A stretch of 64,000 nucleotides of DNA from an uncultured Acidobacteriota bacterium (GTDB lineage Bacteria > Acidobacteriota > UBA6911 > RPQK01 > JAPXNP01), in the NCBI GenBank assembly GCA_963777605.1, contig CAVZRV010000015.1, positions 32,001 through 96,000 on the forward strand, written 5' to 3'. A model generated the notes under the pieces. That model saw nothing but the letters and a program-made list of their open reading frames with translations. It was not told the DNA's origin and did not search any database. Below are positions 33,264-43,064 of the stretch, piece by piece; positions within the stretch are counted from its first letter, which is position 1, and every line of letters begins with the position of its first letter. The position numbers and the translations under genes were made by a program.

Positions 33264-34771
33264 GTGACCAGAAAGGCCATCCTCGACATGCCGGCAAACC
33301 AGTTCCGGACTCTCGGGCATGACCTCGTGGAGCGGATCGGGGATTTCCTGGATGGCATTCGCAGCCGGAAAGTCACCAACGCCACAACTAACCGGGAGCT
33401 TCGCGAGGTCCTCGAGAAGTTGGGACCGTTACCGGACGAACCCTCCGAAACCGCGGGCATTCTCGCGGAAGTCGCCGAGCAACTGTTCCGCCATTCCCTG
33501 CACAACGGGCATCCAAGATTCTGGGGTTATATCACCTCGTCGGCGGCTCCGATCGGAATGCTCGCCGACCTGCTGGCGGCTTCCGTCAACGCAAATGTCG
33601 GAGCGGCGGCGCTCTCTCCCCTCGCAACCCAGATCGAGGCTGATACGATCCGCTGGATAGCCCAGATTCTGGGATATCCGGACGACTGCGGTGGAATTCT
33701 CGTCAGCGGGGGGAACATGGCCAACCTCGTCTGCCTCCTGGTGGCAAGAGGAGCGAAGCTCGGTTCCAAAGTCCGTTCGCTGGGAGTCGGGCACGCAACC
33801 CAGGGGCGGCCTCGAATCTATGCATCATCCGCAACTCACACCTGGATCGAGAAAGGAGCCGACATCGCCGGCCTGGGTACGGAGTCGATCTGCTGGATAC
33901 CGGCGGACCGAAATCAGCGTATCGATGTCGCCGAACTGGAGCGTCAAATCCAGCGTGACCTGGAATGTGGGAACTCCCCTTTCTCGTAGTCGGGTCCGCC
34001 GGCACGGTCGGTACCGGCGCCGTTGATCCGCTCTCTGAACTTTCGGCAGTCTGTCGAAAACACGGACTCTGGTTTCACATCGACGGAGCCTACGGAGCGC
34101 CGGCTGCCCTGGTCCCGGAACTCTATCCAGAACTGGGCGCCCTCGACGAGGCCGATTCGCTCGCCGTCGATCCCCACAAATGGCTCTATGCACCGCTCGA
34201 AGCCGGCTGTGCCCTGGTGCGGGACCGCACCCTGCTCCGCGCCACCTTCTCCTACCATCCCGATTACTACCACTTCGACGAAGAATCCCTGAACTACTTT
34301 GACCTGGGGCCGCAGAACTCGCGGGGATTTCGTGCTCTCAAGATCTGGCTGGCCATGAAACAGGCCGGACGGAGTGGATACCGGGAGATGATCCAAACCG
34401 ATATCGACCTGGCAGAGCGACTTTCCAAACGACTGTCCGCCACGCCCGAATTCCGTGACATCCGACAAGGTCTGAGCATCGTCACCTTTCGATACGTTCC
34501 GCTCGATCTCCAGTCAAAGCCAGCCGATGAGACCCTCGAGTACCTCAACCGCCTGAATCAGGCGATCCTTGAGCAACTCGAATGTGGGGGCGAGTACTTC
34601 CTGTCGAAGGCCGTCGTCGATGGTCGCTTCCTGCTTCGGGCCTGCATTGTGAACTTCAGGACCGACTCAATCGATGTGGATTCCCTGCCTGGGTACCCGC
34701 TCCGGCTGAGTGAAAAGCTTGACCGGGAGATGCGAGGTGACACAATGAAGCCGGTTCAGCCCGGGGCTTGA
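33264..34771 (+). CDS. group II PLP-dependent decarboxylase (aromatic-L-amino-acid decarboxylase-like), frameshifted near 33980
   Basis: HPRFWGYI, SGGNMAN, AGTVGTGAVDP, WFHIDGAYG, DS..VDPHKW (PLP lysine). Confidence 0.88.
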
Positions 34772-34844
34772 TCCGGGGCGTAGACGGGTCGTTCTGCGGT
34801 GGCTTCGATTCCGCGGGCAACTCTCGAAGATCGGAGGTGAATCC

Positions 34845-36041
34845 ATGCGACGTTCGGAAAGCATCACCCGACGTGAAGCCCTCAAACGGTCGTCGCTCCT
34901 GCTTGTCACTCCCATTCGACTCGGCGGCAGACCCTCGCCAGAAACCGCCGGTTCATGGGAACCGTCGTCGAGTCGTAAAGTCAGGATCGCGGTTGTCGGG
35001 GGAGGCTTCGGGAGCGGCTTCCAGTGGCATCAGCACCCAAATTCCGTCGTAACGTCCGTCAGCGATCTCCGGCCTGACCGGAGGGAGGGGCTCCGGGAAC
35101 GCTACCAATGCGAGACCGCCTACGACTCTCTGGAAGAACTTTTGAAACGGGCACGCGACGTGGACGCAGTAGCCATATTCACGGAAGCCCCCAATCACGT
35201 CCGTCACGTCACCGCGTGCCTGGAACGGGGCCTGGACGTGATCTCCGCCGTTCCCGCGTGTGTGACGCTGGAGGAAGCCGAGCAACTCTCCGAGGCGGTT
35301 CGTCGGACCGGGCAAACCTACATGATGGCGGAGACGAGCTACTTCCGACACTACTGCATCGCCGCCAGAGAACTGTTTCAACAGGGGAAATTCGGGGAAC
35401 TCTTCTACAGCGAAGTGGAGTACTACCATCCGGGAATTGGAAATCCCCAGTCCCCGCTCTCCTACTTCAACGGAGAGCGGACCTGGCGTTTCGGGTATCC
35501 ACCAATGCTGTACGCCACTCATTCGACTGGACTGCTGGTCGGGGTCACCAACGAGTGCTTCACCGAAGTCTCCTGCCTGGGTTGGGGAAACCCATCCAAC
35601 TCCGCCCTCGGAGACAACGCCTATCAGAACCCCTTCAGTTCAGCCAGCGCGCTCCTGAAAACCGATGCCGGGCACCAGTGCAGGTGCAACGTCTTCTGGG
35701 ACGGCCAGGCTGAAGGTGAGCGAGCCCAGTGGTTTGGGACGAACCTTACTTTTTACATGCCTGGGTCTGGCGGGCAACTGTTTCGACTTCAGGGCGAGGG
35801 GGCGCCGGGCTGGCAGGAAATTCCGGACTACTGGGGAAGAATCCCCTCCAGCCTGGAACGCAACCCGGGACACGGGGGATCCCACCCGTTTCTCACCCAC
35901 GAGTTCATCTCGGCACTGGTCGAGGAACGCCCGCCCGTCGTCGGCCTGCGCGAAGCACTGACCATGACCGTTCCGGGGATCGTCGCCCACCAGTCGGCCC
36001 TGGACGGGGGAACCCGGATGAAGATCCCCACTTTTACCTGA
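34845..36041 (+). CDS. Gfo/Idh/MocA family oxidoreductase with a twin-arginine-like leader
   Basis: TRREALK, IAVVGGGFG, SAVP, AET, PPMLYATH, GHGGSH. Confidence 0.85.
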   Translation: MRRSESITRREALKRSSLLLVTPIRLGGRPSPETAGSWEPSSSRKVRIAVVGGGFGSGFQWHQHPNSVVTSVSDLRPDRREGLRERYQCETAYDSLEELLKRARDVDAVAIFTEAPNHVRHVTACLERGLDVISAVPACVTLEEAEQLSEAVRRTGQTYMMAETSYFRHYCIAARELFQQGKFGELFYSEVEYYHPGIGNPQSPLSYFNGERTWRFGYPPMLYATHSTGLLVGVTNECFTEVSCLGWGNPSNSALGDNAYQNPFSSASALLKTDAGHQCRCNVFWDGQAEGERAQWFGTNLTFYMPGSGGQLFRLQGEGAPGWQEIPDYWGRIPSSLERNPGHGGSHPFLTHEFISALVEERPPVVGLREALTMTVPGIVAHQSALDGGTRMKIPTFT

Positions 36042-36059
36042 AGCACGGGTCAGGACCGG

Positions 36060-36887
36060 CTACAGCTGAGACATCGCCGTCTCGACGTCGGCGCCCTCGT
36101 GAATCAAGGCGCGAATCGCCCGGGCCATCCCAAGCACGTTGGGGTGCTGGAAGATGTTCCGCCCGTAGACTACTCCAGCAGCACCGGCCTCCAACATCTG
36201 GTGAGTGCGCGAGAGGATCTCCCGATCAGAAACTTTCCCTCCGCCCCGAGGAAGAAGTGGAGTGCCCTTGGTCACCCGGACCAGCTCTCCGTACTCCTCC
36301 ACGCGATCCGTCGGGTCAGCCTTGATGATGTCAACACCCAGTTCAACCGCCTGCCGATGGAGAGCAACGACCGTCTCAAAATCGCTGACTACCTGATACC
36401 CTCCCGTTGAGGGGTCGGGCTCGAGAACCAGGGGTTCGGCAACCAGAGGCATTCCGTAGCGTTCACACTGTGCCTTCATCAACCGGATATTCCGGATGCA
36501 CTGGTGGTAAACAGCCGGCTGGTCCGGGATGTAAAACATGTTAAGCAGGAGAGCGGCCGCATCCAGACGGAGGGCCTGCTCGAGGCCTTCATCGAGCAAT
36601 TCAGAGAACCCAACGGAAGGCTTGCTGAGATCATAGACGTTGGCCACGTCGCCCCGCATCATGAGAGCGGGCTTGCGACCGTTGCGCTCGATCTGGAGGT
36701 GCCGCGCCTGACCCGGGCTGAGCAGAATTGCATCGACTTCAGCCCGAATCGCCAGATCGATCACCTGTTCGATGTCTTCGACCCCCGACAGGAGCGCATA
36801 GCCGTTAAAGAGAGCATGGTCCGACGCCAGTTGAAAACATTTTCCGTCCGCCGCAAACAGACGATTCATGCGAGCCGTTACAGACAT
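36060..36887 (-). CDS. class I aldolase (DhnA/LsrF family)
   Basis: ARMNRLF, DH, ELGVDIIKAD (Schiff-base Lys), RGGG, GVVYGRNIFQ. Confidence 0.88.
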   Translation of the reverse strand: MSVTARMNRLFAADGKCFQLASDHALFNGYALLSGVEDIEQVIDLAIRAEVDAILLSPGQARHLQIERNGRKPALMMRGDVANVYDLSKPSVGFSELLDEGLEQALRLDAAALLLNMFYIPDQPAVYHQCIRNIRLMKAQCERYGMPLVAEPLVLEPDPSTGGYQVVSDFETVVALHRQAVELGVDIIKADPTDRVEEYGELVRVTKGTPLLPRGGGKVSDREILSRTHQMLEAGAAGVVYGRNIFQHPNVLGMARAIRALIHEGADVETAMSQL

Positions 36888-37025
36888 TTGGAACCTCCCA
36901 CAGGATCTTCAAGATCCGAGCTTGAGCACTTTCAGAATCAGCCGTCTTGGAAAAGGTAGTATAGCAGGGGCCCGACAGGCTTCCGAACCTCGACCATCTT
37001 CCCATATGGTTTAGAATCAGTGGCT

Positions 37026-38573
37026 ATGGATCGGAAATGGGGTTATCCACTGATTGGGACTGTACTGCTCGTCGTCCTCGCATCCTGTTCCTCGCAGGAA
37101 CCGGCAGTTCACCGGGCAGCAAAACCGAACATCGTCTACATCCTCGCCGACGATCTCGGCTACGGCGAACTCGGCTGCTACGGCCAACGGCGGATTGAGA
37201 CCCCACACATCGATTCACTGGCCCAGCAAGGGCTCCGGTTCACCCAGCACTACGCCGGGGCCCCGGTTTGTGCTCCGTCACGATGCAGCCTTCTCACCGG
37301 TCTGGACATGGGTCATGCATACATCCGGGGCAATGACGAGTGGAAGGAGCGAGGAGAGGTCTGGGATTACGCGGCTGCCGCCGAGGACCCCAACCTCGAG
37401 GGCCAGAGGCCCATCCCGGCCGGAACCGATACCGTCGCCAGGCGGCTGCAGGGCGGTGGCTACCAGACTGGAATCGTCGGCAAGTGGGGACTGGGCGCTC
37501 CCTTGACAGAGGGTATTCCCACAAAGCAGGGCTTCGATTTCTTCTTCGGATTCAACTGCCAGCGTCAGGCTCACAACTATTATCCTAAGTTCCTCTGGAA
37601 GAACGAAGAAAAGGTTTGGCTCGACAACGACCTGGTTGTTCCGGGAACAAAGCTCGACGAAAGGGCGGACCCTCTGGATCAGGCGTCATATAAGAGGTTT
37701 ACTCAGAAGCAGTACGCCCCTGAACTCATGCTGGAACAGGCACTGCAGTTCATCGAAGACAACAAGGACCGGCCGTTCTTCCTCTATTTTGCCTCCCCTC
37801 TGCCCCACACACCCTTGCAGGCACCGAAACGCTGGGTGGATCACTATGTCGAGAAACTGGGAGACGAAGCCCCGTACCTGGCCGACAAAGGCTACTTTCC
37901 CAACCGATATCCTCACGCAACTTACGCGGCGATGATTTCCTATCTCGATGAGCAGGTGGGAGCGATACTGGACACACTCGACCGCCTCGGCCTTTCCGAC
38001 GATACCCTGGTGATCTTCTCCAGCGACAACGGCCCCACCTACGCCGGGGGCGTCGATCCCGAGTACTTCCGCAGCGCCGGACCGTTCAAGAGTGGCTATG
38101 GCTGGGCAAAAGGTTTTGTCTATGAAGGCGGCATCCGAGTTCCGATGATCGCCCGCTGGCCGGGCCGGATTGCCGAGGGAACGCAAACCGACATCATTTC
38201 CGCCTTCTACGATGTCATGCCGACGCTATGTGAGATCGGCGGGCTCGAGGCACCGGCTCAAACCGACGGAATCAGCTTTGCGCCGACTCTGCTGAATCAG
38301 GGAGACCAGTCGGAACATCACTACCTCTACTGGGAGTTCCCCAGCTACGGCGGCCAGCAGGCCGTCAGGATGGGAAAGTGGAAAGGGGTCCGGAAGGGAA
38401 TCTTCGACGGAAACATGGAGATTGAGCTCTACGATCTCAGCCGGGACCCAGTCGAGGAGATCAACGTTGCAGCCGACTATCCGGACGTAGTGGCGGAGAT
38501 TCAGGGGATCATGAAACGGGAACACACCCGGTCGCTGCTCCCCACATTCGAATTTCCACAACTCGGTGACTGA
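37026..38573 (+). CDS. arylsulfatase (formylglycine-dependent), lipoprotein
   Basis: PNIVYILADDLGY, CAPSR (CxPxR), GKWGLG, SDNG, LASC lipobox. Confidence 0.93.
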   Translation: MDRKWGYPLIGTVLLVVLASCSSQEPAVHRAAKPNIVYILADDLGYGELGCYGQRRIETPHIDSLAQQGLRFTQHYAGAPVCAPSRCSLLTGLDMGHAYIRGNDEWKERGEVWDYAAAAEDPNLEGQRPIPAGTDTVARRLQGGGYQTGIVGKWGLGAPLTEGIPTKQGFDFFFGFNCQRQAHNYYPKFLWKNEEKVWLDNDLVVPGTKLDERADPLDQASYKRFTQKQYAPELMLEQALQFIEDNKDRPFFLYFASPLPHTPLQAPKRWVDHYVEKLGDEAPYLADKGYFPNRYPHATYAAMISYLDEQVGAILDTLDRLGLSDDTLVIFSSDNGPTYAGGVDPEYFRSAGPFKSGYGWAKGFVYEGGIRVPMIARWPGRIAEGTQTDIISAFYDVMPTLCEIGGLEAPAQTDGISFAPTLLNQGDQSEHHYLYWEFPSYGGQQAVRMGKWKGVRKGIFDGNMEIELYDLSRDPVEEINVAADYPDVVAEIQGIMKREHTRSLLPTFEFPQLGD

Positions 38574-38632
38574 TCGCCTGCCGGCTTTCAAGTCAGCTTG
38601 AACTGGTTTTCGGGGTGTGGTTGATTGCAGCA

Positions 38633-39037
38633 ATGCCATCCGCCATCGTGGTGACAGCAGCAATCATCGTCCGAAAAGGCAAGCTTCTGATTGCCCAGCG
38701 CCCAAACGGCGACTGGGAATTTCCCGGGGGCAAATTGGAACCCGGCGAGACCCTCCAACAGTGTCTGGCCCGGGAGATACTGGAAGAACTTGAGCTGCGG
38801 ATCACTGTCGGCAAGCCGTTCCTGGTTGTCGAACACGCGTATCCAACCAGGCGGATTAGGCTCCACTCGTATCTATGCACCTTCGTCGGCGGGGAAACGG
38901 TCACCAACGACCACGTTCGGGTCGCCTGGGTGGACCCCGGTCGCCTTTCGGAGTTCTCGTTCGCGGCGGCCGATGAACCGATCGTTCGGAAACTGCTCGA
39001 TACCTGCATCGAGGTACTGACCACTCGGGAGTGTTAA
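38633..39037 (+). CDS. NUDIX hydrolase, MutT/NudG-like
   Basis: WEFPGGKLEPGET...CLAREILEEL Nudix box. Confidence 0.9.
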   Translation: MPSAIVVTAAIIVRKGKLLIAQRPNGDWEFPGGKLEPGETLQQCLAREILEELELRITVGKPFLVVEHAYPTRRIRLHSYLCTFVGGETVTNDHVRVAWVDPGRLSEFSFAAADEPIVRKLLDTCIEVLTTREC

Positions 39038-39213
39038 CCCGCATTTCTCATCGCCTGGAAGGCAGAATCGTGCCCTTCGGACGCACGCGATCGGAGAAGA
39101 AACTGCTCTTCCCGGGGCTGCTATCGGGAACTTCGCAAACCCGCCCATGCTATGATTCCTCCCGGCGGGAAACCGGCTCCGTCGAGTCGCTTCCCTGTTG
39201 CCGAACGGATGAC

Positions 39214-41031
39214 ATGCTGCTAATTGGAAGCCTTCTTGCCCTGGTTGTTGGCCCGTTCGTGTACAGCGTCGTCCGCAAGCGGGACGCGATGCTGTCGCTG
39301 CTCGACGGGTTCATCTTTATCTCCATTACCGGGATGGTGCTCCTATTCATCCTGCCGGACAGTTTCGAAAATGGAGGCTGGTACATTCTCCCGGTGGCAG
39401 TGGCCGGACTCTTCGGTCCAACAGCGCTTGAAGGAGTCTCCCGAAACGCCGCCAAGAAGACTCACATCGCCGCTCTGATCCTCGGCCTTGCCGGGATTGG
39501 CCTTCACGCACTGATCGACGGCACTGCCCTCTCGGCGGGTGCATCGACCGGGAGTGGCGTCTTGCCCCTCGCAGTCGTCTTGCACCGCCTCCCGGTCGGA
39601 CTGACGATCTGGTGGTTGCTGACCCCGAGCTTCGGCCGGAAGGCGGCGGCCGGGGTCCTCGCACTGATCGGGATTGCGACCGTCACCGGCTTCGCCTTTG
39701 GCCCCCTACTGATCGAACGCCTCTCCAGCCACGGCATTGCGCTCTTCCAGGCACTGGTCGCGGGCACTCTGCTCCACGTGGTCTTTCACCAACCCCACCT
39801 GGCAGATTCCAGCTGTGGCTGCAAGGCCGTCTCCAGTGCCCAAAGTGGCTTGAACGAGGGCCTTGGCGCTATTCTCGGCATCGGTCTGATCACCATCCTC
39901 CTGTTGGGATCGGGACACACCCATGGTGCCGGCCACCATGCCGGCCCAGACCTCGTCCACGAAGGTTTGCACACGGTCTGGGTTCTGGCATTGGAAAGCG
40001 CGCCCGCCCTTCTCCTGGCCTACCTGATGGCTGGTCTCCTCCATGCTTTTCTGCCCTACTCGTCGATTCGCTGGCTTCGAAAGGGCTCCGCTCCCTCTCA
40101 GGCCCTCAAGGGGATGGCTGTGGGGTTGCCATTTCCGGTCTGCTCCTGTGGCGTCGTGCCCCTCTACCAGAGCCTGATCCGCAAGGGGGCACCTGCGACG
40201 GCCGGGATGGCGTTCCTGATCGCGACTCCGGAACTCGGCCTTGATGCCGTATTTCTCTCAGTCCCGCTTCTCGGCACCGGGATGACGGTGGTTCGCGTGG
40301 TCGCGGCCGCCTTGGTCGCCATCTGCGTCGGCTGGCTGGTCGGTTCATTCACGGATCGTAGCCGCGGCAAGGCAAGTTCTGGAGCAGAGGATGCTCACCT
40401 GGAGTCTCCTCCGTCCACAAACCAGCCTTTTTCTGTCCGGCTACGTTCGGCCCTGCATGTCGGCCTGGTGGAAGTCTTCGATCACACGGCACCCTGGATC
40501 CTCCTCGGCATGGGCATCGCGGCCCTGATCCAACCGGTCCTATCCGGGCAGTCATTGACCCGGATAGGGGCACTTTGGCAGGTTCCGCTTTTCACGCTCC
40601 TCGGCCTCCCCGCATACGTCTGCGCGTCGGGTGCGACTCCACTCGTCGCAGTCCTCCTGGCCGGAGGGCTTTCCCCCGGCGCCGCGCTCGCCTTCCTTCT
40701 GGCCGGGCCTGCAACCAACTCCACCACGTTCGGGATCCTGGCCAATCTTCACGGCCGGCGGGTTGCTGCCGTCTTCAGCGTCACCATCATCGCGCTCTGC
40801 GTGGTGCTTGGCTACCTGGTCAACTGGAGGTTTCCGACCATTGGAGGCAACGCTCTCGACCTGGCCACTGACCAAAGCGGATCGGCACTTCAAGTGCTCT
40901 GCCTGATACTGCTCTCCGGAATCTGCCTCTACTCGATCCTCCGCAGGGGAGCGAGGAGGTTCGTAGCAGAGCTCTTCTACAAAGGCCAGCGCGCTCTCGA
41001 CCTCCACCCGCACTACCACCAGGAATCCTGA
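39214..41031 (+). CDS. ArsP/DUF318-type permease with an N-terminal ZIP-like metal-transporter module
   Basis: GLHALIDG and LHRLPVG (ZIP-like), His-rich linker, PVCSCGVVP, AFLIATP, YVCASGATP, AFLLAGP. Confidence 0.8.
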   Translation: MLLIGSLLALVVGPFVYSVVRKRDAMLSLLDGFIFISITGMVLLFILPDSFENGGWYILPVAVAGLFGPTALEGVSRNAAKKTHIAALILGLAGIGLHALIDGTALSAGASTGSGVLPLAVVLHRLPVGLTIWWLLTPSFGRKAAAGVLALIGIATVTGFAFGPLLIERLSSHGIALFQALVAGTLLHVVFHQPHLADSSCGCKAVSSAQSGLNEGLGAILGIGLITILLLGSGHTHGAGHHAGPDLVHEGLHTVWVLALESAPALLLAYLMAGLLHAFLPYSSIRWLRKGSAPSQALKGMAVGLPFPVCSCGVVPLYQSLIRKGAPATAGMAFLIATPELGLDAVFLSVPLLGTGMTVVRVVAAALVAICVGWLVGSFTDRSRGKASSGAEDAHLESPPSTNQPFSVRLRSALHVGLVEVFDHTAPWILLGMGIAALIQPVLSGQSLTRIGALWQVPLFTLLGLPAYVCASGATPLVAVLLAGGLSPGAALAFLLAGPATNSTTFGILANLHGRRVAAVFSVTIIALCVVLGYLVNWRFPTIGGNALDLATDQSGSALQVLCLILLSGICLYSILRRGARRFVAELFYKGQRALDLHPHYHQES

Positions 41032-41207
41032 ACCGGATGATCCTGGAAGGCCCGTCGTGCCCCCCGACTCCTCATTGCTGACAAATCTATCCACAGTGCC
41101 GACCAAACCCGTACAACACTTTCGCTGCAAACGGCGTTTATACAGAGAGAGTGCAAGAGAGCACAACGAATCGGATCGAAAGATCCCACATTGTTTAGGA
41201 GGCATTG

Positions 41208-41331
41208 ATGAAATTGACAAAAGGCATTTCACTCTTGGTTCTGGTGGCAACGGCAATTTCTGACACCTGAACAGCAGGAGAAGGCCCTGGAGTTGCTCGC
41301 TGAAGGTCATTCCAGACCTCGACGGCGCTGA
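41208..41331 (+). pseudogene. internally deleted Spy/CpxP-like (LTxxQ) periplasmic protein remnant
   Basis: AGGAGG RBS and signal peptide MKLTKGISLLVLVATAI joined out of frame to LTPEQQEKALELLAEGHSRPRRR*. Confidence 0.55.
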
Positions 41332-41387
41332 AAGAGCAGATAGGCCGGTTGTCTAGAATTACCACGACAACCGGCTCCTCGAGACCC

Positions 41388-42023
41388 TCAGTTCCTGCGC
41401 CTCCCCCTCCCACCACCTGAAGTCGCAGGACTGAGGGCATCGATCCACCACACCCTCGGTGGTCCGGGCAGGAAGCGATCCCGATCGAAGGGCAAAGCTT
41501 TTCGGTCGGGAAGCTCCTTCTCGGGCCATTGGTTTCTCCACATTGATCGCGCCAATTCGTCGGCGTAATAGCGCAAGTAGTCAAGATCCCGCCGATCTTC
41601 ATCGAGAGCGATGCAATCGATCACCACGGCCGCGTCGGGAATGGGTGGATAGGAAGGCCTGGGGAAGACCGAACGCCATACCCGCGAATAGAGTTCCCGG
41701 TCGCTCAAATGATCGGTAGAAGCAAGGTAAACCTGGAGGCAGGCCAGGCCGCCGACGACCTCCCATAGCTTGCGTCCAACTTCCGCGTCGTCAAGTTCTT
41801 CCGGACGGGGCAAGGCGATCCCGGCTTCCTTGAGGCGTTCGGAGTAGCTGGACCGAAGTGCGGATTCCAGCGCGACGACCTGGTTCCAGAAAACCCGTCT
41901 GGAGGAAGCCGGGGCACTCTCCTCCTCGAAAGGGGCCATAGCCTCCCCACCCATCTCCCGAGCCACCTCTTTCACCCGCTCGACTTCCAACTCCGTTCCC
42001 GCCCACTTTTCAGTCCTGTCCAC
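41388..42023 (-). CDS. hypothetical protein
   Basis: GTG start after AAGGAG; motifs TDHLSDRELY, YLRYYAD, PFDRDRFLP. Confidence 0.75.
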   Translation of the reverse strand: MDRTEKWAGTELEVERVKEVAREMGGEAMAPFEEESAPASSRRVFWNQVVALESALRSSYSERLKEAGIALPRPEELDDAEVGRKLWEVVGGLACLQVYLASTDHLSDRELYSRVWRSVFPRPSYPPIPDAAVVIDCIALDEDRRDLDYLRYYADELARSMWRNQWPEKELPDRKALPFDRDRFLPGPPRVWWIDALSPATSGGGRGRRRN

Positions 42024-42309
42024 GATCGTCGTCTCCTTCCTCGTCGCTGTTGTCCCCGAATTCCCTCTCACTTCACAAATACGTTCGAGTCAAGAAATCG
42101 ACGAGTCTTTACGGATCGTCCGAGGACAGGCCGATAGCGAATGAAATGGGGACAGGCTGCTTCCTCGGATTCCAATACGGGCGCAAATTGTTGATTCTCT
42201 CCAATAGAGGCGGTCTTCCAATTCTCCTGTGCCGCCCGAGAACCCGTTCATGCTATTCTGACCGACCATAAGAGGGATCTACTTGATAGTTTCAGGAGGC
42301 AAGCCTGCA

Positions 42310-42627
42310 GTGAACAAACCGTCTCAGAATGAAGAAGAGTACTTCCTCCGACTCGAGGTCGAACGAATCGAGAAGCTTCGCCAGAAGCATCAGTCCAGCC
42401 TGGCCGAACAGGAGAGAAAGCGACGCAAGGAACTGCACTACATGTGCTGTCCGAAGTGTGGAATGGACATGACCACTTCGACGCTGGCTGAAGTCGAGAT
42501 CGATTTGTGCCCGGATTGTCGCGGTATTTACCTCGATGCCGGCGAAATGGACAAGATACTTGAAGAGAAGCGGCGGAACGTCGTCCTCGACACCATCGCA
42601 AGCGTTCGCAAACGCCTGCTCAGTTGA
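42310..42627 (+). CDS. zf-TFIIB-like zinc-ribbon protein
   Basis: EEEYF, MCCPKCG..M, EIDLCPDC.GIYLDAGE; AGGAGG RBS. Confidence 0.88.
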   Translation: MNKPSQNEEEYFLRLEVERIEKLRQKHQSSLAEQERKRRKELHYMCCPKCGMDMTTSTLAEVEIDLCPDCRGIYLDAGEMDKILEEKRRNVVLDTIASVRKRLLS

Positions 42628-42796
42628 CATCGGTTACGGTCTTCCGACTCCCCGCTGGCTGCGTGACCGCACCCACGGGTCAAACCGAAGCCCCGGAATC
42701 AGCCGCCTTCCGGAACGGTTGAACTGAAGGCCATCGCGCCAACCGCGTTGTCGCACGCACCAAATTCCCGGCATACCGGGGAAACTGGAAGGTGTC

Positions 42797-42830
42797 GCTG
42801 CGTGCGCCGATGGGGGAATGCGCACGCAGC
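42797..42830. terminator. 11-bp perfect inverted repeat GCTGCGTGCGC/GCGCACGCAGC in a convergent intergenic region
   Basis: Seen directly; 12-nt loop and no long U tract. Confidence 0.45.
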
Positions 42831-43064
42831 ATTGACTGTGTCTTTAAAGGGTAGCGGAACCGCAACAGAAGTTAGTTGCCACGGTCGGCCATCCCGAACC
42901 CTGCGAATCCCTCGCAGAACAGCTTTGGCTGGACGAAAAACGCTTTCAGCTGGGGCTTTCCACGAGAGCTTCAAACGACGTTCATCGCTCGATATATTGA
43001 CTTGCGATTAATAAGCCGTTTTCTTATTGCCAAAAATCATAACAGGCGCTTCTGACTCTGTCAA

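Noticed and set aside
41087-41096. DnaA-box-like CTATCCACA (and TTATCCACT at ~37043)
   Set aside because: Isolated single mismatched boxes with no cluster, DUE or dnaA context.
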